A stretch of DNA of 64,000 nucleotides, from NCBI GenBank assembly GCA_034189385.1, contig JAXHVD010000014.1:60050-124049 (forward strand), in the 5' to 3' direction. Both the position numbers and the translations under genes were made by a program. Below, one piece after another: positions 9,510-17,749 of the stretch; the first letter of the stretch is position 1, and the number at the start of each line of letters is the position of its first letter. A model generated the notes under the pieces. The model saw nothing but the letters and a program-made list of their open reading frames with translations, was not told the origin of the DNA and ran no database searches. The DNA is from Thermodesulfobacteriota bacterium (GTDB lineage: Bacteria; Desulfobacterota; Desulfobacteria; Desulfobacterales; C00003060).

Positions 9510-10361
9510 TTAGAGAGTGGCTTTCTGCCAACGCCTAAAAAAGTCCAGCAACTCGTCGGGGGGCCGAAGCCAAAGATCGGCCTTTGTCTTTTTAAACTCC
9601 TCTCTCACCAGGACGCCCAGGCCCCGCGGGCTGTGCGTTTTAAGCGCGGTAAAGGCGTCTTCATCTGTAAGATCGTCGCCCAGATAGGCGGCTACGGTAT
9701 CCATCTGCATTTCAGCCAGGATGGTCTCAACCACTTCACCCTTTGTGATCCCCGGGGGCCGCAGCTCTAGACCGCCGTCAAAGGCCTGGAGGCAAAGGCT
9801 TGTTCCGGCCACCAGAAGCGGCACGTGGCCCAAGGCCTTTTCCTGCATTTTCCTTTTTTCCTGGTTCTTCATGCCCCGCCAATGCAAGGCCAGGCCAAAG
9901 GGTTTCCTCTCTAAGTGGGGCCCCCAACCCATCTCCGCCATCCAGGCGGCCGTGGCCTCCAGTGCTCGCCTGTCTTGCCTGGACAGCGTTCCCTTTTGAT
10001 AGGTGCCGTCCGGCAAAAGCCTCTCCCCGCCGTGGGAGCCCCAGATCTCAGGTGGCTGCCTGAGGCCAAGGAGGGCAATGAGCTCCTCTGCACGACGTCC
10101 GCTCACGACCACCAGCCGGGTGGCGCCTTGTTCGATAATCTGCTTGAGGACCTCTACCACCCCCGGATATGGGAAGGCCTTGTCTCGCTTCACCTTAAAA
10201 GGAGCCAAGGTCCCATCATAGTCTAAGAGCAGGGTCCGGCTTTGGGATTGCTTAAGAGAGGAAAAGAACTGCGAAGGATGTCTTTCCTGATTGAGGACCT
10301 TCATGGCTACGCCTGCGGTGGAAACCCTTGTGCCGCCTTGTCTTGGGACAAAACCTCCCAT
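9510..10361 (-). CDS. otsB: Trehalose-6-phosphate phosphatase (HAD); start may be the ATG at 10304
   Basis: LLDYDGTLAP, VVSGR, WGSHGGE, YLGDDLTDEDAF. Confidence 0.94.
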   Translation of the reverse strand: MGGFVPRQGGTRVSTAGVAMKVLNQERHPSQFFSSLKQSQSRTLLLDYDGTLAPFKVKRDKAFPYPGVVEVLKQIIEQGATRLVVVSGRRAEELIALLGLRQPPEIWGSHGGERLLPDGTYQKGTLSRQDRRALEATAAWMAEMGWGPHLERKPFGLALHWRGMKNQEKRKMQEKALGHVPLLVAGTSLCLQAFDGGLELRPPGITKGEVVETILAEMQMDTVAAYLGDDLTDEDAFTALKTHSPRGLGVLVREEFKKTKADLWLRPPDELLDFFRRWQKATL

Positions 10362-10405
10362 TTCTGAACGGACAGGCCCTTGGTTGTCGTGCCCACCGAT
10401 GGGGA

Positions 10406-11644
10406 CTATCCTAACTCGATCCTGTCCTGACAGCCATGGACGAGGGCCACCATGAGAGTAAGGTATTCTCTGAGTTGTCGGGTGATAAGAAAATTCTCAC
10501 GCACAAACTCCTTTGCCTTTTGTCCCATCTCCTGAAGTCTCCTGGGGCGCTCCAGCAGGTAGCGGACCCTCAAAGCTGCGCCCTCTGGCGTGTTGACCAA
10601 AAAACCGGTGTGGTTATTGATGACCTGTAGCCTGATGCCGCCCGTGTTTCCGCCGATCACGGCTTTTCCCTTCCACAGGGCCTCTGTCACCGTCAGCCCG
10701 AAGCCCTCCTTGATCGACTTTTGCAGGACCACATCGGCACTCCGTTGCAGGGCATTGATCGTGCGGTGGGCATCCGCGGGCAAGTCCAACACATGGATGT
10801 CACCGTCATTCTCAGAGAAGGCCTCCACCTCGCTCAGCACCAGTCTCCCCTCTGGGTCGTCATTGGCCTGACTTCCTGCTAAGACGAGCTGCAAGTCGGG
10901 GACGTACTTTTTGGCCAACCTGAAGGCTTGGATGACACCAAGGGGGTCTTTGAACCGGTCGAAACGGGAGACCTGGAGCATGAGTGGCCTCTCAAGGTCA
11001 AGACGGAACTGGTCGCAGACAGCTTTGAGCTCCTCCTCTTCAAGGTCCACGTTCTTTTCACTTAAGGGATCAATGCTGGGAGGAATCAGATACTGGGGAT
11101 GGGGCAAGGGTTGGGCAAAATCAGACAGTGAAAAGATACTGGCATCAAAGGCCTCCAAGAACTTGCGTAAATACTTCCAGACAGGTCTGTAGGGATGGCT
11201 GAGATCGATGTGGCAACGCCAAATCCATCTGCCCTTGCGCTTAGGACACAAAGAAAGAAGCGGAGCTGGTTGGGGATCATGAATGATCACGAGGTCTGCG
11301 GCCTCTAACAAAGGGGCCAGGGCCCGTGCACTCCGTTGGTTGGTCTCCTCGTAAGACTGGAGTAAAGCGTCTGGGATTTCAATCCTGTCCCCTTGCAGGG
11401 CATTGTGGAAGCTTTTGGTACATTGAAAGAAGTTCTCATCTCCGGTGATGACTTCCCAGCTGGTGTCAATGCCCAAGGCCTGCATGAGGGGGACGAGCTT
11501 GACCAGGATTTCGGCGACCCCTCCTCCAAGGCGGGTAGAGTTGACATGCACGACCCGGAGACCTTGCAGGCGCTCTGCCAGTTGGCCCAGTTGGTTGGTC
11601 ACATCTTCACCGGCTACCCTGGCGTATGCTTTGAGGATCTTCAT
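10406..11644 (-). CDS. treT: Trehalose glycosyltransferring synthase (GT4)
   Basis: HVNST..GGGVAEIL, IHDPQP, WRCHID, QVSRFDRFKDP, QKSIKEGFGLTVTEALWK. Confidence 0.92.
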   Translation of the reverse strand: MKILKAYARVAGEDVTNQLGQLAERLQGLRVVHVNSTRLGGGVAEILVKLVPLMQALGIDTSWEVITGDENFFQCTKSFHNALQGDRIEIPDALLQSYEETNQRSARALAPLLEAADLVIIHDPQPAPLLSLCPKRKGRWIWRCHIDLSHPYRPVWKYLRKFLEAFDASIFSLSDFAQPLPHPQYLIPPSIDPLSEKNVDLEEEELKAVCDQFRLDLERPLMLQVSRFDRFKDPLGVIQAFRLAKKYVPDLQLVLAGSQANDDPEGRLVLSEVEAFSENDGDIHVLDLPADAHRTINALQRSADVVLQKSIKEGFGLTVTEALWKGKAVIGGNTGGIRLQVINNHTGFLVNTPEGAALRVRYLLERPRRLQEMGQKAKEFVRENFLITRQLREYLTLMVALVHGCQDRIELG

Positions 11645-11651
11645 AAAAGGA

Positions 11652-12362
11652 CTACTTTCCGAAATAAGACTGGAACACGTTGCTCAGTTGCTCGCGCAGC
11701 TCCTTTAAACTGGAAAAAAAGGGGTCCAGCTTGGCCAAACGGGCACAAAGATCTTCATAGCCCTCAAAGCATCCCCCCAGCCAGGCCCTGAAGTCATCGA
11801 CCCTGTCCTGGGTCCGCCGGCGACCATCTACAAAATGCAAGAACACACTGCCTAAGGACATGTGAGGCACGGCCTGGGCAAGCACTTCAGGGCGTTCAAT
11901 CCGCTGGCGCGTGTCAAAGACAACGATCTGTGAGCGAACGAAATAGAACTGATTCTCTGGCTTGGCCCAAGAGACCAACTCGAATTCATCCAGGCGTTCT
12001 TCGATGACCTCCACCAGCTCCTGACGCAGGGCCTCCAGGTCCGTGAAATCGGTGGGGTCAATGACGCCCAGTCTTTCGGCCAAAACCAGGTCCTGTAGGG
12101 CGTAACGGGTCCAAATGGCGAAATCATTGTGGTATTCGGGATCGTCGAAACGGGGTCGGAGGAGCCCCCCCCAAAAATGGTAGTAGATGCTCTCTGGGTG
12201 GATGGTCAGCAGGTTGTCCCTGAGCTCTCGTAAATTCTGGGCTCGCTTGCCGGTGGCGATGGCGGCCAGGGCACAATCCTGCACTTTAAAAGGCTGCTTC
12301 CCTTCCCTTTGTGCTGAGTCGTTTTCCATGGATTCACGTTTGGGGTTTAGAAGATATCCCAC
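11652..12362 (-). CDS. DUF5752-type protein (usual TreT partner); likely start is the ATG at 12329
   Basis: TGKRAQNLRELR, SIYYHFWG, NDFAIW; directly upstream of treT. Confidence 0.8.
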   Translation of the reverse strand: MGYLLNPKRESMENDSAQREGKQPFKVQDCALAAIATGKRAQNLRELRDNLLTIHPESIYYHFWGGLLRPRFDDPEYHNDFAIWTRYALQDLVLAERLGVIDPTDFTDLEALRQELVEVIEERLDEFELVSWAKPENQFYFVRSQIVVFDTRQRIERPEVLAQAVPHMSLGSVFLHFVDGRRRTQDRVDDFRAWLGGCFEGYEDLCARLAKLDPFFSSLKELREQLSNVFQSYFGK

Positions 12363-12785
12363 CTCTGCGTTTCGGCAGGTAATCCACGACAGAAGCCCTG
12401 TCCAGCACAGTGGTAAAGGCCTTGATAGGTCTCAAATTCCTCAGAGGAGCCACAATGCGTGGTCTGTTCCCAACTATCCCTTATCATGTCTAAGCCCTTG
12501 GCTACAACTGTAAACCTTTCTTTTCAGATGAAAACTTGACGGTTTCGCAAAAAGTCCGATTCGCTCGCTTCGCAAGCATTATTGGGATTCATCCTCCGCG
12601 ACCCTTAATCGCCAAGACTCTCCACCGTGGCGGAGAAGAAAAGCACTTGAGCAGTTTGGCGTCAAAAACGCGAGCGGTAAACTTGAATCTTTCTCATTTA
12701 AACTATAATATAACAAAGTTGGTGTATTGACCAAAGGTGAACCCCCCAACGACACTAAGCTTGAATCCTTTAAGGAGGCTAGGTC

Positions 12786-13826
12786 ATGCTCAAGTTTAGA
12801 GAACTTAAGGGACATAAAGATGATCATCATCTTAGAAAGGGTACTCCGGTCACAGGAGAAGAGATGGATGGCTTCAGGGCATCAAGGCCTGAACCGGGTG
12901 ACCCAGACACTGATGGCATAACAGGTGATGAGAAGGGTCCACATCTCTATCAACAGGCTGTTGACTATTGTAACGAGACCTTCTCCGGGGTCAGGCGTAA
13001 CATGCCCATCTCCATGGACAGATGTTCGCGCATCATTTATAGCATGGTGGAGGCCTCAGTTGGTAATTCCCTCTATTCCAGAACTCTACACGGCCTAAAT
13101 GGAACGGATTTTCTTGTGAGCCATTCCGTCAATGTGGCTGTCTATTCCATCAAAATGGCTGCAGGTCTCGGTTTCAGTAGGCAAAAGCAGGTGGAATTGG
13201 GCATGGCTGGCTTGCTCCATGACGTCGGCAAGTGCATGATTCCTGAAGAGGTTCTCTACAAGGGAGGGAGCCTCAGCGACGAGGAATTCCGTATGGTTCG
13301 AGAGGCCCCAAATCACGGATACGACCTTTTGAGATCTCTGGGGAAAAAATATGCCTATTTGGCCGAGTGCTGCCTGCAAGTCTACGAGCGGATCGACGGC
13401 ACTGGTTACCCAAAGGGCCTTAAAGGAAACGAGATACACGAGTATGGCCAGATCATTGGATTGGTAAATTTTTACGAGGCCCTCACCCATTCACGGCCCC
13501 AACGGGAGAAATTTCTTCATCTTGCAGCCGTGAAAGAGATCATCAAGTCCGGAAAAAGTGCCTTCCAGAGACACTATCTCAAGGCCCTTCTGAGAACCTT
13601 CCCCATTTTTCCATTAGATAGCTATGTGAAGCTGAATTCCAATGCCATCGGCAGGGTCACCGAGACTTATCTGGATCAGCCCATGAGGCCTAGGCTTCAG
13701 ATTATAAGCGACTCTCAGGGCAGCCCGGTGTTAACGGAGCAAGTCGTTAATCTGCCCGACCATCCCTTCTTATACATCGTCGATTCCGTGTCTAAGGCGG
13801 AACTTGGGGAAGTCCTATTCCCTTAA
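12786..13826 (+). CDS. HD-GYP domain protein with degenerate metal ligands
   Basis: HSVNVA, LLHDVGK, ERIDGTGYP present; the usual HP, HHE and D.YDA positions read EAP, QVYE and NFYEA. Confidence 0.88.
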   Translation: MLKFRELKGHKDDHHLRKGTPVTGEEMDGFRASRPEPGDPDTDGITGDEKGPHLYQQAVDYCNETFSGVRRNMPISMDRCSRIIYSMVEASVGNSLYSRTLHGLNGTDFLVSHSVNVAVYSIKMAAGLGFSRQKQVELGMAGLLHDVGKCMIPEEVLYKGGSLSDEEFRMVREAPNHGYDLLRSLGKKYAYLAECCLQVYERIDGTGYPKGLKGNEIHEYGQIIGLVNFYEALTHSRPQREKFLHLAAVKEIIKSGKSAFQRHYLKALLRTFPIFPLDSYVKLNSNAIGRVTETYLDQPMRPRLQIISDSQGSPVLTEQVVNLPDHPFLYIVDSVSKAELGEVLFP

Positions 13827-14181
13827 ACGTCACCGTCCCTTTTGGAAGTAGCAAGACGCCTGTCACCAGCCCTACCCAAAAGGCGGGGCACCTGTCAGAC
13901 CATGGCCTTCTCCTTCCGTGGAGTCTCCTCATGGCCCAAATGGCCTGAAGTTCACCTTGACATAGAGCAGCGTATCAGATACACATAATTCAATTAAATA
14001 GGAGACTTGCAATCATTCCATGGAAAAGGAGATGTGGTTTCGCTGACTTCGCCCGGTGGTGTGAAAGAAAATCGGCCTGTGGTTACCTTCAGGATTACCG
14101 GATCTACCGGCTTTCCAGTTGCAGATGAAAAGCACTCTGTCTTAGCATTGTGATCATTGTGATCGGAATCGGAATGCGTCT

Positions 14182-14979
14182 ATGTACCTCACCTATTGGA
14201 AACTGAAAGAGTTTCCCTTTGAGAATGTTCCAAACCCTCGCTTTTTTTTCTATTCCAGTCAACATGAGGAAGCGCTAGCACGGCTTTTGTATGCGACCCA
14301 ACACCAAAAGGGGGCAGCGCTGTTGACCGGTGAAGTGGGTTCTGGCAAGACCACAGTGGGCAGGGCATTCATGGATCAGTTGGGCCAATCAGAGTATCAC
14401 GTGGTTTCCATCATCAACCCCGCCTTAAATCCCACTGAGCTTATTGGCGCTATTCTCCTAGAAATGGGATCGGAGGTGGCGTCCGATTCTAGGGGGGTCC
14501 TTTTGAGAAAGCTCTATCAACGGCTCCTCCAGAATGCCGAACAAGGGCTCAAGACCGTCCTTGTGGTCGATGAGGCTCAGGTCGTCGAGAGCAACGCCAC
14601 CTTCGAGCAGTTGAGAATGCTTCTGAATATGCAAGCGAAGAATCGCTTTCTGCTCACGTTGATCCTTATGGGACAACCCTTGCTGAAAAAAAAGCTAGCT
14701 TCTGTCAGGCCATTGGACGAAAGGATATCCATCAAGTACCGCATGGAACCCTTCACCTTTAAAGATACGGTGCGATATATCTTGTCTCGGTTGAAAAAGG
14801 CCGGGGCGTCTAGCCCTTTGTTCACGAGACAATCGGTGGATCTGATTTATGACTACTCCCACGGGATCCCCTTGCGTATCAACAATATTTGCGATCGCAG
14901 TCTCTTGATAGGGCTCATGAAAAAGGCCAAGATCATAGACTCGAAGATTGCATTAGATGCTATTGAGGAGTTTCAATAA
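14182..14979 (+). CDS. ExeA/GspA-like AAA+ ATPase
   Basis: MYLTYWKLKEFPFENVPNP N-terminus, Walker A GEVGSGKT, Walker B VVDEAQ, GIPLRINNICD. Confidence 0.9.
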   Translation: MYLTYWKLKEFPFENVPNPRFFFYSSQHEEALARLLYATQHQKGAALLTGEVGSGKTTVGRAFMDQLGQSEYHVVSIINPALNPTELIGAILLEMGSEVASDSRGVLLRKLYQRLLQNAEQGLKTVLVVDEAQVVESNATFEQLRMLLNMQAKNRFLLTLILMGQPLLKKKLASVRPLDERISIKYRMEPFTFKDTVRYILSRLKKAGASSPLFTRQSVDLIYDYSHGIPLRINNICDRSLLIGLMKKAKIIDSKIALDAIEEFQ

Positions 14980-15079
14980 GACGGCCAGCCTGGGCCCTTT
15001 CTGCCCTTGTCTGTCAGGGCCATGACCGCTTTGTGGCCTGTGCATCTAAATGGGGAGCTTGTGTTGACCTGAGGGGAAG

Positions 15080-17251
15080 ATGAGAAAATTTCAAGCGATG
15101 AAACGACTCTTGGTCTTGTCGGTGTTGCTGGGAACCGTGATGGCCATGGGATGCGCTGAGAAGAAGGAAATCGTCAGACCTATTGGTTGGACCATGAAAA
15201 GTAGCGGGCCTGTGTCATCGGGCCAGTATCGTGGCCTTGCTCTCGCTGATTTAGACAACGACGGGAACACGGATGTCGTCGGGGGCTCTCTCCATCCTGG
15301 AACCATCACCGTATGGCATGGGGATGGCAAGGGAGGATGGTCCGATCCTAGTTTCATTCCCGTCAAAGGACAGATCCGCTCCGTGGCCACAGCAGATTTT
15401 AATGAAGATGGCCTTCAAGACATTGTCTACTCAGTCCAAGATGGAGCCTTTGGAGTGCGGGTAAAACTGAACCAGCCGAGTGGCATTTGGACAAGTGGCA
15501 TCAGTGCCATTGAGAAGAGCCAATATGAGCGTCTAAAGACGGCAGACGTGAATGGAGATGGCCACGTGGATATCATCGCGGCCAATTCAACCTCCGACAT
15601 TGATGGAGGTATCCAGATTTGGTTGGGAGACGGAACAGGCCGGTGGACGTTGGAATCAGGCCCGGTAAACACAAACGTATACATAGACGTGGCACTGGCC
15701 GACTTCGACAGGGACGGGAATCTTGATGTGGTTGGGGCCGGCTGGGGCCCCTACGGCACCTTGCATGTCTGGCTTGGAGACGGCTACGGGGGATGGTCAC
15801 CGATGTTGCCTTTGGAAAAGGGCAGCTACTACGGTCTGTCAGCCGGAGATCTGGACGGCGACGGAAACCTAGATATTCTGGCCGCTTCCTACCAACAAGG
15901 CATCCAGGTTTTTCTCGGGGACGGTGATGGAGACTTCGTGAAAGGCAAAAGCCCTGCAGAGGGGGGAAGCTTCTGGGAGGTTCTCATAGCCGACCTCGAC
16001 GGCGATCACAAAATGGATCTGCTTGCCAGTTCTATTGACTCGAAAGGCATACAGGCATGGAGTTCCAAAAATGTGCTGCAATGGAGGAAAGAAGAGAAGA
16101 AGGAAGATAGGGAGCCCTGGTCTCCTATAGAAGGTCGGTTTCCATCATCGGGCGTCTATTACGACATGGACGTCCTCGACCTTGACGGGGATGGTGTTCA
16201 TGATGTGTGCGCAACCAGTTATGGTGAGGGGATCAAAGTGTGGCTAGGTACCGGTGGTTTTTCTGAACAAAGGGCCCAGAAGCGACCCGCAGTCATGGAA
16301 CCATCTCCCTTGACAGAGGTTGAGGAAAACAGTGCCTTTAAGACCATATCTGGCATGCCAGAGTATAAGCTGGGGCCAAGTGATCTTATTGAGATTACGG
16401 TCTGGAAGGGCATGGAGGCAAGAACAGAGGAGGTACTGGTCAAGCCTGACGGGAAGATATCGTTCGGATACGTGGACAAGCTTTATGTAAACGGCATGAC
16501 CCAAAGTGAGTTGGAGCATTGCCTTGCCCAAAAGCTCAAACAATACATACGGGAGCCACGGGTGGACGTCAACATGAAGCGCTTTGCAAGCAAGTCGTTC
16601 AGTGTGTTAGGCGCCATTTCCACGGCAAGGCATGACCGAGGCCCCGGCGACTACCGACTTACAGGCAGAGTCACTGTGTTGCAGGCCCTTGGAACAGCAG
16701 GTGGACCTACAAGAGATGCCAATCTCCGTGAGGTGAGTCTTCGTCGGAGAGATGGTACAACGATGGTACTCAACCTGTACAAGGCCATTGTTCAGGGTGA
16801 TAAGACGCAAGACATTGTGATTGATGATGCAGATATTGTGTTCGTCCCCACCATGTCCAAGGAGAAATCACTCGTTTACGTCCTTGGAGAGGTTGAAAAA
16901 CCGGGCGCCTATCCCTTCGAGCGGGAGATCACAGTCCTGGAGGCCATATCAAGGGCTGGGGGATTTACGACTTACGCAACACTTGAGAGCACCAAGATCA
17001 TCAGAGGGGACATATCCAGGCCTGAGGTGCTCCCTGCCAATCTTCAAAGGTTATTCAAGAAGGCCGATCAAAGCCAAAACATCGTCCTTGCCAACAAAGA
17101 TGTGGTCTATATTCCTAGGAGTTTCATCGGCGACGTGAACGAGTTCATTGAGAAAATCAGGCCCTCCTTGCGGGTTGTCCTCTGGCCGGGTGACTTCCGA
17201 GATGCCTATATGGACACGGATAGACTTCGTATCACAAACTATAACGACTAA
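15080..17251 (+). CDS. Lipoprotein with FG-GAP repeats fused to Wza-type polysaccharide export (Poly_export + SLBB) domains
   Basis: Lipobox-like AMGC; about seven D-x-D/N-x-DG-x-x-D repeats; YKLGPSDLIEITVW..VKPDGKISF; two SLBB repeats (VYVLGEVEKPGAY, EAISRAGG). Confidence 0.85.
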   Translation: MRKFQAMKRLLVLSVLLGTVMAMGCAEKKEIVRPIGWTMKSSGPVSSGQYRGLALADLDNDGNTDVVGGSLHPGTITVWHGDGKGGWSDPSFIPVKGQIRSVATADFNEDGLQDIVYSVQDGAFGVRVKLNQPSGIWTSGISAIEKSQYERLKTADVNGDGHVDIIAANSTSDIDGGIQIWLGDGTGRWTLESGPVNTNVYIDVALADFDRDGNLDVVGAGWGPYGTLHVWLGDGYGGWSPMLPLEKGSYYGLSAGDLDGDGNLDILAASYQQGIQVFLGDGDGDFVKGKSPAEGGSFWEVLIADLDGDHKMDLLASSIDSKGIQAWSSKNVLQWRKEEKKEDREPWSPIEGRFPSSGVYYDMDVLDLDGDGVHDVCATSYGEGIKVWLGTGGFSEQRAQKRPAVMEPSPLTEVEENSAFKTISGMPEYKLGPSDLIEITVWKGMEARTEEVLVKPDGKISFGYVDKLYVNGMTQSELEHCLAQKLKQYIREPRVDVNMKRFASKSFSVLGAISTARHDRGPGDYRLTGRVTVLQALGTAGGPTRDANLREVSLRRRDGTTMVLNLYKAIVQGDKTQDIVIDDADIVFVPTMSKEKSLVYVLGEVEKPGAYPFEREITVLEAISRAGGFTTYATLESTKIIRGDISRPEVLPANLQRLFKKADQSQNIVLANKDVVYIPRSFIGDVNEFIEKIRPSLRVVLWPGDFRDAYMDTDRLRITNYND

Positions 17252-17391
17252 CAGGCTGTTGAAAAACGTCACGAGCGCGGTCAAGACAAGGCAAAATCCG
17301 ACGAAAAAGCGCAGTTTATGTGTAATAAATGAGCATTTTGAGGAGGATTTTAACGCCGTATTGTCAAGCGCAGTAGTTTTTCAACAGCCTG
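17252..17391. mobile_element. 140 bp MITE with perfect 16 bp TIRs and CTAA target duplication (IS5-family-like)
   Basis: CTAA|CAGGCTGTTGAAAAAC ... GTTTTTCAACAGCCTG|CTAA; no ORF inside. Confidence 0.9.
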
Positions 17392-17488
17392 CTAAGTGCT
17401 CTCATTGAAAGTGGTGGTAAAGCCAGACATGGCCTTTTCAACGCAGGGGCTGAGAGCGCAATGCCCCTGTGCTTTTGCCCATCTTTAA

Positions 17489-17721
17489 GAGAGCTTTGCA
17501 TAACTCTTTCGAACGGTCGTTGTGAGCCCTGTAGTGCAAGGACGATTGTACCAGCGAGTGACGCACAAAGCGCCAATACACCAAGATGGCGCCTCCCCGT
17601 CGTGCCTGATGGCACAACAGGGTAAACTTTTTGGGGCACCCATTCGGCTGCTGTGAGCGGTTCGCCGTGGCGAATCAAAAAGCTTATATGAACAAGCGAG
17701 AAGGGGTTCTGCAAAGGTCTT
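17489..17721. mobile_element. Possible second, degenerate MITE
   Basis: Imperfect terminal IRs GAGAGCTTTGCATAACTC / GGGTTCTGCAAAGGTCTT, TTAA at both borders, internal hairpin GTGCCTGATGGCAC. Confidence 0.45.
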
Positions 17722-17749
17722 AAGACTCGCGCTTTTCAAGGCAAGTAAC

